Positions 1 through 12,499 of a stretch of 64,000 nucleotides of DNA are shown in pieces. The stretch spans positions 163,682,001-163,746,000 of the forward strand of contig NC_086097.1 in NCBI RefSeq assembly GCF_963921235.1, given 5' to 3'. Each line of letters begins with the position of its first letter. Within the stretch, counting starts at the first letter, position 1. The stretch comes from Mobula hypostoma (taxonomy: Eukaryota). The position numbers and the translations under genes were made by a program. The notes under the pieces were generated by a model. It ran no database searches, had not been told where the DNA came from, and saw nothing but the letters and a program-made list of their open reading frames with translations.

Positions 1-284
1 CCCGTTCCTGTGCTGCCCTATCCCATGTTCCAGTAGGAAGGGAAAAGGGGGATATTGACAGATGTGTAGCTTAAATTGGTATCACGGTCAGCAAAGATGA
101 GATGGGCTGAAGGGCCCATTTCTAAGTTTTAGTGCTCAATATTTTTTACGTTCTGTCACTGCAATCACAAAAATCAGGATATGTGTGGCAGTAGCATCTG
201 TGAAGAAGGAGACATAAACAGTTTTTGAGTTTCAGAACAACAATTTAATATCAGAATATACGAAAATGTCAAAGAAGTATTACA

Positions 285-806
285 CAAAGTCACCAGCAGC
301 TATTGGGAGTTTAAGAAGACCTGGTATGTCACAAAAGACTCCCTCAAATTTCTTTAAATTTGCTGTGGAGAGCATTCTGACTGGTTGCATTGCCATCTGG
401 AATGAAGGCACAGGATCGGAAAAAGCTGCCGAGGTGGGTAGACTCAGCCGGCTCCTTCATGGGTACTGGCCTCCCCACCTTCGAGGACATCTTCAAAACA
501 CAATGTCTCAAGAAGACAGAATTGATCATGAAAGACCATCACCATCCAGGTCATCCCCTCTTCTCGTTACTACCATCAGGGAGGAGGTACAGAAGCCTGA
601 AGATGCACACTTGATGTTTCAGCATCAGTTTTTTCTCCTCCACCATTAGGTTTCCAAATTATCTCACTATCTCACTACTTTGCTCTGGTTTTGCATTATT
701 TATTTATATATATTCTTATTATAATTTATCATAATTTTTAAGTATTACACAGTAAAAACAGATCTCACGTCATGTTAGTGATAATAAATCTGACTGAGAT
801 TCTGAA
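285..806 (+). mobile_element. Rex1/Babar LINE 3' fragment
   Basis: Translates to the family C-terminal motif (AVESILTGCIAIW...HHPGHPLFSLLPSGRRYRSL); AT-rich 3'UTR ending ataataaatctga...ttctga. Confidence 0.8.
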
Positions 807-1519
807 TTGCACATTAGTGACAAATGGTTTTCACCTTCAATGGGATGAAAATCAAAAGGTTGTTGGGGCAATTTGTTCCAAGTACTGCCCACATGATGCT
901 GCTGACAATGTCTCCCTGATTTGACTGTGTCCCTTTGTTTGCATCAAAGTTTTCCTATTTCTTTTAAAAGGAGTTAAATTGTGTGCACTTTGGTTCTCCT
1001 AAAGCAGGCTATATTTCCTCTTAACGTCAGTGAGTGTCAGATTCCTGGGATGCAGGGCATGTTCTCTGAACAGAATGAGAGGTGATCTCACTTAGATTTT
1101 CAGATTCTGAGAGTGGTTGCCAAAAGACTTTATTTCTGTGCCTGGAGCATTGTCATTGGATAAGGGAGAAATTTAGTATAAGAAGCTTTTATGGAAGTCC
1201 ATGAACCCATGAATATTACATCATTATTTCTCTTTTGCATTATTTATTGATCATAACTTAGAATAATTTTTATGTTTTGCACTGTACCGCTGCTACAAAC
1301 AACAAATTTCACGACATATCTCAGTGTTAATAAAGCTGATTCTCTTGTAGAGTTTCAAACCATCGAACTCTTTCCCTTGCACAGCTCATTCATTGAATAT
1401 ATTTAAGCCTGAGATTCTGGAACCAAAGTAGAAATGGAGAGGGGGTTTGAGGTAGTATGGACTCAGGTTGCAAAGTGCATAAGGCAAAAGATCTGTGCCT
1501 CCTTCTCCATCGTCTCAAG

Positions 1520-3085
1520 ATCGGTGCCCCCAGTGCTGTGTGCCGAGCCCATTGCTGTACACTCTACTCACACATGACTGCACGACCAAACACCTGAGCA
1601 ATCATATCGCCAAGTTCTCCAATGACACAACAGTGATGAGGTTCATTCACCAACAGCGATGAGAAGGCCTCCAGAGAGGAGGTGGAAGAGCTCGAGGCCT
1701 GGTGCCAGGGAAATTACTACTTAATATCAGTAAGACGAAGGAGATGGTTATCGACTTCAAGAGAACTTGCACCATTCACACTCTCCCCTTACAATGGTGG
1801 CACATCGGTGGAAACTGCAAACAATTTCAAACTCCTGGGAGTGCACATCACACACAACCTCTTGTGGTCCCAGGACACATCCTACACTGTCACCAATGCC
1901 TCTACTTTCTGAAGAGGCTGAAGAGAGCTGGACTTTGCACATCCATACTCATGTCTTTCTTCAGATGTGCAATAGAAAGCATCCTAACAAGCTGCATCAC
2001 TGCTTGGTACAGGACCTGCACTGCAGTGGGACCGGAAGGTTCTACAACAGGTAGGCAAAACTGCCCAAAGCATCACCAGCACCAGTCTATCTGCCATCAA
2101 GGGCATGTGTACAGAAAGGTGTTGGAAAAAAGCCAGGAAAGTTATGAAGGATCCCACTCACTCTGATCATGGACTGTTTGTTGCACTCCCCTCGTGGAGG
2201 AGGCTACGTAGCATCCATGCCTGGACTACCAGACTCAAAAGCAGTTTCTTTCCCCAAGCAGTAAGGCTGAACAACATATAACTTATACAGAGCCTAGTGT
2301 CACTTTTGGACTTAGAGTAAATCTATGTGAAACACGCTGGTTTCCTCGGCTGCGTAAGTCTAGGGGAGACAATGTCCAGGCCTGCCAGACTCGTGAGATT
2401 GAGGTGTGAGCCCTGTTTATGTGGATGCTGTATAATTTACTACCCTGTTACAAGTTAGTGCCATGAAATAACAGACAGTGCACTGCATAGGATTAAAAGA
2501 TTATGTTAACATTATGTTAATGTTGACTGAAGAGTTAGCAAGGAAAAGAAAAGAAATGGGGCCATTTTAATGAAATGGTCTAATGTGCACAAGTTGGAGC
2601 TCACAGTTTCTTCAAGTCACCAATCCTCAATTGCACTCACCCTGGGCTTTGTCGAATCACAGTCCCACTCTGGGTCGAATCCTCTAACCTCTTCTCTCCA
2701 GCATCTTCCCTCCATCTCCTCTCAAACAAAAGCCCCAAACCCAACCTTAGCGTCCCTCACCAGAGAAACCGCCCCTAAGTTTGACCATCCTAATTGGATG
2801 GCACACATTTCCCCTCATCTCTCATCTTCAACAATAACCCAAACATAAGCTGAAAACAAGCAGCTCTCACAGAACTGCCAAAATTACATACATACAGCAT
2901 AACAGTAGAAATATGAACCAGGGCATTACATATGTATATAAGCTATCTTAAGTATTTATATGTATTGTGTTTTTAAAATTATCATTGTGTTTTTTTTCTG
3001 GTGCATCAATCTTGAGTAACAATGGTTTTGTTCTCTTTTACACTTGTGTACTAGAAACGATATGAAACAATCTTGAATCTTGAAT
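1520..3085 (+). mobile_element. 5'-truncated Rex1/Babar LINE, split by a solo LTR
   Basis: GAPQ..VPSPLLYTL and LNISKTKEMVIDF motifs with frameshifts; 3'UTR resumes after 2930 and ends in a (cttgaat)n tail. Confidence 0.85.
2328..2930 (-). mobile_element. Solo LTR (Gypsy-like)
   Basis: TG...CA termini (minus strand TGTAATGCCC...CGTGTTTCA) with 4-bp TSD TATG at 2324-2327 and 2931-2934; removing it restores a contiguous Rex1 3'UTR similar to the copy near 24160-24200. Strand assignment is tentative. Confidence 0.75.
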
Positions 3086-3489
3086 GATTTTGTTGCATAG
3101 CAAGAGACCCTATGATCCTTCTGTTGCTTCTAGACAGATCATAATCTTGATATTTTGGACAATGTGTTAAAATTGATCATGGGTAACTGGTAATCAATAT
3201 TTTCATCCTTTTGAGTTTTTATTTTCTTTTGTATATAGGCCCACTTTTGTCACCCACTAAAGATCAAATTAAGGCATGTATCAGGTAGTCACAGCACCCC
3301 ATCTTGGGGATGCCTTGGTAATTGTCAATGTACAATTGAGATGTCATAACTGAACTTCATATATTCTTGTCCTGTTGTCAGAAAGAAATCCTAATCAGGA
3401 AGAGGGGTCCTGGCTGGTTTTGAATTTCGAAACTTTTTACTTTATGGATGAGAAACAGGATTTGCATGGTTGCATATGAATACAACCAT

Positions 3490-6418
3490 GGGAACCGAAC
3501 TGAAGAGACTGGGGAAGAGGAGGTTGGCTCACAAATAGAGAAAGCTTGTAGACAGTGCAAGAGGGAGGATAGGCAGGTGATAGAGAAGGGACGCTGTCAG
3601 ACCGAAGGTTTGAGATGTGTCTATTTTAACGCCAGGAGTGTTGTGAACAAAGCGGATGAACTTAGAGTGTGGATCAGTACTTGGAGATATGATGTGGTGG
3701 CCATTACAGAGAATTCGATGGCTCAGGGACAGGAATAGTTACTTCAAGTGCCAGGTTTTAGCTGTTTTAGAAAAGACAGGGAGGGAGAGGGCGTGGAACT
3801 GTTGATCAGAGATAGTGTCACGGCTGCAGAAAAGGTGGACGTCGTGGAGGGATTGTCTATGGAGTCTCTGTGGGTGGAGGTTAGGAACAGGAAGGGGTCA
3901 ATAACTTTACTGGGTGTTTTTTATAGGCCGCCCCATAGTAATAGGGATATCGAGGAGCAGATAGGGAAACAGATCCTAGAAAGGTGTAATAATAACAGAG
4001 TTATCATGATGGGAGATTTTAATTTCCCAAATATCGATTGGCATCTTCCTAGAGCAAGGGGATTAGATGGGGTGGAGTTTGTTAGGTGTGTTAAGGAAAT
4101 ATGTAGATAAGCCCACAAGAGGAGAGGCTGTACGTGATTTGGTATTGGGAAATGAACCTGGTCAGGTGTCAGCTCTCCCAGTGGGAGAGCATTTTGGAGG
4201 TAGTGATTATAATTCTGTCTCCTTTACAATAGCATTGGAGAGAGATAGGCACAGACAAGTTAGAAAAGTGTTCAATTGGAGTAAGGGGAATTATGAGGCT
4301 ATCAGGCAGGAAATTGGAAGCTTAAATTGGAAACAGATGTTCTCAGGGAAAAGTATGGAAGAAATGTGGCAAATGTTCAGGGAATATTTGTGTGGAGTTC
4401 TGCATAGGTATGTTCCAATGAGGCAGGGAAGTTATGGTAGGGTACAGGAACCGTGGTGTACAAATGCTGTAATAAATCTAGTGAAGAAGAAAAGAAAAGC
4501 TTACAAAAGGTTCAGAGAGCTAGGTAATGTTAGAGATCTAGAAGATTATAAGGCTAATGGGAAGGAGCTTAAGAAGGAAATTAGGAGAGCCAGAAGGGGC
4601 CATGAGAAGGCCTTGGCAGGCAGGATTAAGGAAAACCCCAAGGCATTCTACAAGTAAGTGAAGAGCAAGAGGATAAGACGTGAAAGTATAGGTCCTATCA
4701 AGTGTGACAGTGGGAAAGTACATATGGAACCTGAAGAAATAGCAGAGGTACTTAATGAATACTTCAGTATTCACTATGGAAAAGGATCTTGGTGATTATA
4801 GTGATAACTTGCAGCAGACTGAAAAGCTTGAGCATGTAGATATTAAGAAAGAGGATGTGCTGGAGCTTTTGGAAAGCATCAAGTTGGATAAGTCACCAGG
4901 ACAGGATGAGATGTACCCTAGGCTACTGTGGGAGTGAGGGAGGAGATTGCTCAGCTTCTGGCGATGATCTCTGCATCATCAATGAGGATGGGAGAGGTTC
5001 CGGAGGATTGGAGGGTTGCGGATGTTGTTCCGTTGTTCAGGAAGGGGAGTAGAGATAGCCCAAGAAAATTTAGAGCAGTGAGTCTTACCTCAGTGGTTGG
5101 TAAGTTGATGGAGAAGATCCTAAGAAGCATTTGGAGAGGTATAATATGATTAGGAATAGTCAGCATGGCTTTGTCAAGGGCAGGTCGTGCCTTACGAGCC
5201 TGATTGAATTTTTTGAGGATGTGACTAAACACATTGATGAAGGAAGAGCAGTAGATGTAGTGTATATGGATTTCAGCAAGGCATTTGATAAGGTACCCCA
5301 TTCAAGGCTTATTAAGAAAGTAAAGAGGCATGGGAACCAAGGGAACATTGCTTTGTAGATCCAGAACTGGCTTGCCCACAGAAGGCAAAGAGTGGTTGTA
5401 GATGGGTCATATTCTGCATGGAGGTCGGTCACCAGTGGAGAGCCTCAGGGAACTGTTCTGGTACCCTTACTCTTCGTGATCTTTGTAAATGTCCTGGATG
5501 AGGAAGTGGAGGGATGGGTTAGTAACTTTGCTGATGACACAAAGGTTGGAGGTGTTGTGGATAGTGTGGAGGGCTGTCAGAGGTTACAGCGGGACATTGA
5601 TAGGATGCAAAACTGGGCTGGGAAGTGGCAGATGGAGTTCAACCCAGATAAGTGTGAAGTGGTTCATTTTGGTAGGTCAAATATGATGGCAGAAAATAGT
5701 ATTAATGGTAAGACTCCTGGCAGTGTGGAGGATCAGAGGGATCTTGGGGGTCCGAGTCCATAGGACGCTCAAAGCAGCTGCGCAGGTTGACTCTGTGGTT
5801 AAGAAGGCCTTCATCAATCATGGAATTGAATTTTGGAGCCAAGAGGTAATGTTGTAGCTATATAGGACCCTGGTCAAACCCCACTTGGAGTACTGTGCTC
5901 ACTTCTGGTCGCCTCACTACAGGAAAGATGCAGAAGCCATAGAAAGGGTGCAGAGAAGATTTACAAGGATGTTGCCTGGATTGGGGAGCATGCCTTATGA
6001 TAACAGGTTGAGTGAACTCAGCCTTTTTTCCTTGGAGTGACAGAGGATGAGAGGTGACCTGAGAGAGGTGTATAATTATGATGAGAGACATTGATGGTGT
6101 GGATAGTCAGAGGCTTTTTCCCAGGGCTGAAATGGTTGCCACAAGTGGACACAGGTTTAAGGTGCTGGGGAGTAGGCACAGAGGAGATGTCAGGGGTAAG
6201 TTTTTTACTCAGCGTGGTGAGTGCGTGGAATGGGCTGCTGGCAACGGTGGTGGAGGCGGATACGATAGGGTCTTTTAAGAGACTTTTGGGTAGGTACATG
6301 GAACTCAGAAAAATAGAGGGCTATGGGTAAGCCTAGTAATTTAAAAGGTAGGGACATGTTCGGCACAACTTTGTGGGCTGAAGGGCCTGTATTGTGCTGT
6401 AGGTTTTCTATATTTCTA
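3490..6418 (+). mobile_element. CR1 LINE, near-complete ORF2 (APE endonuclease plus RT), disrupted
   Basis: YFNARS, GVFYRPP, MGDFNFP, VYMDFSKAFDKVPH, FADDTK and WQMEFN motifs across several frames with stops; CR1 tail gggctgaagggcctgtattgtgctgtag(tttcta)n. Confidence 0.95.
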
Positions 6419-7005
6419 CATAAATAATTGCTGTTTTACTTGTAATTGCAAATGTATCTGGATAAAGCAAAGTCATTGGTGAAGATGTAATTAAGTGAAG
6501 TGTACCTGGTATTACATCCTAACTAAATAATCTAGGTTTGTGCATCTGCAGGGCAGTAAGAATGCAAGTGTCATCTCACTAATTTGAATGAATGAGCTTT
6601 TCTCATTATGCCACACTTCATTCAACATTGATCCCAGAGGATGTGCGTAGCGATAATGTTACCATCATTTCTCCAAATAATAAAAGTTACGTTCACACCT
6701 CAAATGTTATCATAGGGTGGAAATTATTAAGCTATTTTCCCAGCAGGCCCTGTGAGTGAGTTGAACTGGTTGGGGACTGCTTATGAAGAAGTGCTTGTGA
6801 CATGATTTGGCCTGAATGCACCAGCAATGAGTTGGTTAACTGTGATAGATGTGCACAATAAACAATGTATTATTATTGATACTTCATAATCCTGAGTATG
6901 TACCTTACCTTTCCTTTTGACTTTGCAGCCTTATGAATGAACAGTAGAATTTTGCATATTTGTGGTACCAAATTTTATTGAACAAAAATGTTTCATTTCT
7001 TGTAG

Positions 7006-7084
7006 GTTGTGTTTGAAGCGGTCACATCAGGTCAGCCTGGGTACATTGCTATTGATGAAGTGAAAATCCAAGGACACCCATGCA
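7006..7084 (+). CDS. PTPRM: Internal coding exon of receptor-type tyrosine phosphatase mu (end of MAM domain)
   Basis: Acceptor tttcatttcttgtAG (ends 7005) and donor GTaagt (7085). 79 nt translate as VVFEAVTSGQPGYIAIDEVKIQGHPC plus 1 nt, resembling PTPRM VIFEVITSGHQGYLAIDEVKVLGHPC as I recall it; as I recall, PTPRK/T/U have one extra residue here. Confidence 0.9.
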
Positions 7085-8627
7085 GTAAGTAGCAAACAGA
7101 TTATTTTGTCTAAATTCAGTGCCTGGTAATGAAAGATAGTGTTGATTTTGCCCAGTCCTATTATTATCTTCTGAGAGCATCCTTGCCACTTATCATATGC
7201 CACTAGCATTTTTCCTACCATGTTTGCTTAGCAGTAACTTTGCAAATAAATAAATGATGCAGGATTGTTTTCCATTTCTGTCCACAGGTGAAACTGGTTG
7301 TTCTTTCTTTCCACTCTTGAATTTTCTATAATTTTTTAAGAAAGAAGTATTGGATATTTGAGTCACCAGGAAAATGTGTCCTGACAGTTATTATGTTGAG
7401 TGTGTCAGACACAATGTGTTTCCTTATAAAACAGCAGGTGTGAGCTTCTGACACCTTTTCCTTCCATTAGCTTCCCTCCAAACATGTCACATTATTAAAA
7501 AAAACTGACAAGATCTTAACATATTCTGCAATATCAGCTAACACTAAACTAGAACTCCTCTGACAGACTGACCCTAAAAGATTTTAGAAGAGAAGTAAGA
7601 AACAATAAAAAAATAAATTACTTATGAACAGTCTAACGGGGGGCGGGGGGGGGGTTTATCATTTCCCCCGGCTGTAGGTTGACTCATTATAGAGCCTGAT
7701 GGCTGAGGGTAAGAATGACCTCACACAGTTCTCTTTGGAGCAGTGCAGTTGTCATAGTCTATTACTAAAGGTGTCCCTTTGTTCAGCCAAGGTGGCATGT
7801 GGAGGGTGAGAGACATTGTCCAGAATTGCCAGGATTTTCCGTAGGGTCCTTCGTTCTACCACAGCCTCTGGTGTGTCCAGTTTGATTCCTATAACAGAGC
7901 CAGCCTTTCTAATCAGATTATTGAGCCTGTTGGCATCAGCTGTGTTGATGCCGTTGCCCCAACACACCAGTGCAGAGAAGATTGTACTGGCAACAGCAGA
8001 CTTGTAGAACATGTGAAGGAGAGACCTGCATACTCCAAAATACCTCAGTTTCCTCAGGAAGTAGAGGTGATTCTGGCCCTTCAAATTCTGTGATGGTGCT
8101 CCACTCAAGTCTGTCATCCAGCTGCAACCCCAGGTACCTGAAGGTCCTCACCACATCCATGTCCTCATCATCAATAGTGACAGGGAGCAGTACAACTTTA
8201 GTCTTTCTAAAGTCCATCACTATCTCCTTTGTTTTACTAATGTTGAGCTGCAGGTGATTCAGCTTGCACCATTTGACAAAGGCCTCCACCAGGGCCCTGT
8301 ATTCATCCTCCCATCCTCCCTTTATACATCCGACTATTGCTGAGTCATCAGAGAATTTCTGCAGTTGACATGGCACAGTGTTGTATTGAAAGTCCAAGGT
8401 ATACAGGATAAACAGGAACGGAGCCAATACAGTCCCCTGTGGGACCCAAGTGCTGTCTGTCACACAGCTGTGAAGCTGCATAAACTGTGGTCTGCCAGTC
8501 AGGTAGTCCGTTATCCAGGATACAATGGAAGTGCCAATTTGCATTAAACAGAGATTTGCACTCAACAATGAAGGATGTATGGTATCGAAGGCACTTGAGA
8601 AATCAAAAAAAACATGATCCTCACAGT

Positions 8628-9400
8628 AAACAACAGGAATTCTGCAGATGCTGTAAATTCAAGCAACATACATCAAAGTTGCTGGTGAACGCAGCAGGCC
8701 AGGCAGCATCTATAGGAAGAAGCGCAGTCGACGTTTCAGGCCGAGACCCTTCGTCAGGACTAACTGAAGGAAGAGTGAGTAAGGGATTTGAAAGCTGGAG
8801 GGGGAGGGGGAGATGCAAAATGATAGGAGAAGACAGGAGGGGGAGGGATGGAGCCGAGAGCTGGACAGGTGATAGGCAGAAGGGGATACGAGAGGATCAT
8901 GGGACAGGAGGTCCGGGAAGAAAGACGGGGGGGGGGGTGACCCAGAGGATGGGCAAGAGGTATATTCAGAGGGACAGAGGGAGAAAAAGGAGAGTGAGAG
9001 AAAGAATGTGTGCATTAAAAAGAGTAACAGATGGGGTACGAGGGGGAGGTGGGGCCTAGCGGAAGTTAGAGAAGTCAATGTTCATGCCATCAGGTTGGAG
9101 GCTACCCATACGGAATATAAGGTGTTGTTCCTCCAACCTGAGTGTGGCTTCATCTTTACAGTAGAGGAGGCCGTGGATAGACATGTCAGAATGGGAATGG
9201 GATGTGGAATTAAAATGTGTGGCCACTGGGAGATCCTGCTTTTTCTCTGGCGGACAGAGCGTAGATGTTCAGCAAAGCGGTCTCCCAGTCTGCGTCGGGT
9301 CTCACCAATATATAAAAGGCCACATCGGGAGCACCGGACGCAGTATATCACCCCAGTCGACTCACAGGTGAAGTGATGCCTCACCTGGAAGGACTGGAAG
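8628..9400 (-). mobile_element. Penelope-like element, 5'-truncated (GIY-YIG endonuclease plus terminal repeat)
   Basis: ORF 9082-9384 reads VIYCVRCSRCGLLYIGETRRRLGDRFAEH (GIY-YIG); 12-bp TSD GATCCTCACAGT at 8616-8627 and 9401-9412. Confidence 0.92.
8726..8761 (-). ncRNA. Minimal hammerhead ribozyme motif in the PLE terminal repeat
   Basis: Minus strand AGTC-CTGACGA-AGGGTCTCGGCCT-GAAA-CG-TC^GACT: CUGANGA and GAAA core, short stem II, AGTC/GACT stem I, palindromic ACGT in place of stem III. Confidence 0.75.
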
Positions 9401-10268
9401 GATCCTCACAGTGCTGTCCCGCTTATCCAAATTGGAGTAGGCTCTGTTCAACAGGTAGATGACAGCTTTGTCAACTCTAGTGTGCTCCTGGTAAGAAAAC
9501 TGCATGGAATCTGACCAAGGGTTGGAGGTGAGCCAGGACCAACCTTTCTATGGTCTTCATATTGTGATATTATGGAGCTTAAAGTCTTGTGAAATAAAAC
9601 AGAATCCTATGTACAAATGTGTACATAATAATTCTATCTTCCAGATATATCAGCATGCTTAGCATTGCAGTCTCAGGGTTTTCATTACTAATGAAAAATA
9701 TTACAGGTATGGGAAATCTGAAAAATAAAAAAGAAAATGTTGCAAGTACTCAACAGGCTAGGTTTTGTGATTAAAAATCAGTGAATTGAAATAACATACG
9801 TTCCTTAGCCTTCAGATGTTTTCTGGTGAATTGAGTATTCCCAATGTATTCTGTATAGTAGTTAGAATTGCGAGCTTGCGTATCATTCAAAAGTATTTTA
9901 ATTTTTGGACTGAAGGCACTCTTATTTTAAGCTAGGAAATGTTTAACCTATATAGCTATTATAAGATGGAAATGCATCCACAGGCACCTTTCAGAGTTAC
10001 AGAGGCAATGGGCTGTTTGATTGAGTGGCAGTAAAAGAGCGTAAAGGACAAATGATAGCTTTGAAGAGATGACATTGAATGGATGAGTATTCCATTCAAA
10101 TTGATGTGGTGGTTAGAACATTATTTTGGACATTTGTAAAGTACTTTTCTAGCTTCATGATGATAGCCTTTACCCAGATGAAACTAATGCTTACATCTGT
10201 GTATGGCTAAAATGATCGCATTCTGTAGAGAGGATAGCTGATACTGAAATTAGCAGTAATAGAATATC

Positions 10269-10494
10269 AAGCGACACACATAAAAGTTGCTGGTAAACAC
10301 AGCAGGCCAGGCAGCATCTCTATGAAGAGGTGCAGTCGACGTATCAGGCCAAGACCCTTCGACCTGATGAAGGATCTCGGCCTGAAACGTCGACTGCATC
10401 TCTTCCTAGAGATGCTGCCTGGCCTGCTGCGTTCACCAGCAACTTTTATGTGTGTTGCTTGAATTTCCAGCATCTGCAGAATTCCTGTTGTTTG
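10269..10494. mobile_element. Fold-back (inverted) PLE terminal-repeat mini-insertion
   Basis: Two inverted arms of about 90 bp; TSD AGTAATAGAATATC at 10255-10268 and 10495-10508; HHR core CTGATGA...GAAACGTC starts at 10364. Confidence 0.88.
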
Positions 10495-11014
10495 AGTAAT
10501 AGAATATCTTATTCCCAGTCTTACAAAGTTGATTTGGAATTGGGAGAGTGGGATTCAGATCACAGAGCAAGTTTTATACCACTTTGGAATCTCGGCATTT
10601 TCAATTTATAAACTCCTGATTTATCAATTTTTACATAACACTATTGACACTTTGGGCTATGCATCTTCAAAATTCATAAAGCTGTTTCTCACTATAATAT
10701 TTAGTATGCCACACTCTGTGCTCAGGAATAGATTGCTCTGAAATACCCATGATGCACTTTGCCAAGCTTCGTCCAAAAGTTCACTTCATAAAGCATTTTC
10801 CAGGAATGTTCCTAACCCTAACCTCAATTTAGCCTATTGAAGAAAGGCTGTACTAATGCCAAAAATTTTGGGCTGTTTTTGCCAGAATTATACCAGCGAG
10901 GAACTTTGTTGATGAAATAGATTTCAATTTACTAATATTTACTCAGGATATGAGTCGGCAGCTCTCTTAAACTTAGGCCATCTGCTTAAATAATCTATCT
11001 TTAGTTGCAATTCA

Positions 11015-11540
11015 TAAACACAAGAAAGTCTGCAGATGCTGGAAATCAAATCAGCAACACACAAAATGCTGGAGGAACTCAGGGGGGCAGGCAGCATTTA
11101 CAGAAATGGTCAACAGTGAATGTTTCCGGCCAAGGCCCTTCTTCAGGACTGAGAAGGAAGGAGGAAGATGCTAGAGTAAAAAGGAGGGAGAAGGAGAAGG
11201 AGTTTAGCTGGAAGGTGATAGGTGAAGCCGGGTGGGTGGGAAAGATCAAGGGTTGGAGAAGAAGGAACCTGATAGGAGAGTGAGCCACAAGGGAAGAAGG
11301 AAGAGGAGCCCTGGGTGTAATGATACGCAGGTGTGAAGAGGTAAAAGGCCATAATGGGGAATAAAAGAAGATGGAAGAGGGAGGGAATACTTTTACCAGA
11401 AGGAGAAATCAATATTCATGTCATCAGATTGGAGACGGAATTCCCAGATGGAATATAAGGTGTTGCTCCTCCACCCTGAGGGTGGACTCATCTTGGCACA
11501 TGGACCAACATGTTGGAATGGGAATTGGAATTAAAGTGTT
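11015..11540 (-). mobile_element. Degenerate Penelope-like 3' fragment
   Basis: Similar to 8628-9200 (tctgcagatgctgg, ggaatataaggtgttg); decayed HHR near 11115-11150. Confidence 0.8.
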
Positions 11541-12499
11541 TTAGCTGTAATTTCTTTTTTAGACTATTAAGTATTGTTATGCCATTCAGAAATTGTTTTG
11601 GGGATGAATCTATCAGTCAAATTTTCAAGGTATTATGTGGGAACCTATAAAACAGGATTCCTATTTCTACTGGTGGGGAATCTAGGACCAGGAGGTAGAG
11701 GCTAAAATTAATAGCCAGCTGCTTCAGAATTGAAGTTAGGGAATGCTTTTAAACTAACTTTGGAATCCATTCTTTATAATCATCAAATTACGATAGTCGG
11801 TTATTCTTTTTAATTGTAAAATTATTAGGTTGTTATCAACTAAAATTATGAAATGATAAGGAGGAAGACAGATGTATGAACAGACTCCTGAGTAAATAGC
11901 TTTCTCCTGTTCCATTGCTAATGTCCTGGTGGTATATCTAGAGGAGTTATGCTGCTCAGTCTTACAGATAGTATTTAAATAATCGCTTTAATGAACCTGT
12001 GAAGCAACACAGTGTAGAACACAAGCATCTATAAGGCCATCAGGACGAGGAGCAGAAGTGTGGCTGCTTTGAAGCTGTTCTGTCATTAAATAAGATCCAA
12101 GGCTTCTTGGGTCTTGGCAACAGCTCAAGTAGCTTGGTGTCTCCTCGTAATACAAATAAACCAAATGCTTGTCCCTCTCAATGTTGAATAAATTCAATAA
12201 TTTTTGGCTCCTGGTTTAGAATTGGAGTTGCTGAGGAAAGGAGTTCTATGCCATCGCTATTTTAAATGGGAGATACTTTATGCTGAAACTTTGCCTATTC
12301 TTTCTAGATAACTCCTGTAGGAAGAGCATAACCTTGGTTTAAATATTGTCAACTCTTCTCCTTCTCCTCACCTCCATGCCCCACAGAATTATATGTTCAA
12401 TAAAATCATTTCACATTTGGAATTCCAATGAGTATAGGCCAAGCTGCTCAATCTTTTCTTAGTAGTTAATCTCCAGGATTGAACCCAGTAAACCCTGCT

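Larger units (their letters stand above)
7585..9560 (-). mobile_element. Rex1/Babar LINE RT and 3' portion, interrupted by a Penelope element
   Basis: ORF 7936-8568 (PQGTVLAPFLF, KFSDDSAIVG); the RT reading (VRIMFF..DFSSAFDTI) continues on the far side of the insert at 8628-9400. Confidence 0.88.

Noticed and set aside
7027..7221. Minus-strand 64-aa ORF overlapping the exon
   Set aside because: Antisense shadow ORF; the plus-strand spliced reading explains the region.
8487..9078. ORFs of 190 aa and 122 aa
   Set aside because: They cross TE junctions and low-complexity PLE UTR; no protein-like features.
10269..10494. miRNA precursor or DNA-transposon MITE
   Set aside because: The arms derive from the PLE terminal repeat and the long TSD fits retrotransposition.
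11115..11150. Further hammerhead-like motifs here and near 37570-37600, 39090-39125 and 48299-48333
   Set aside because: Core or stem positions are mutated, so they are treated as decayed and not called as ribozymes.
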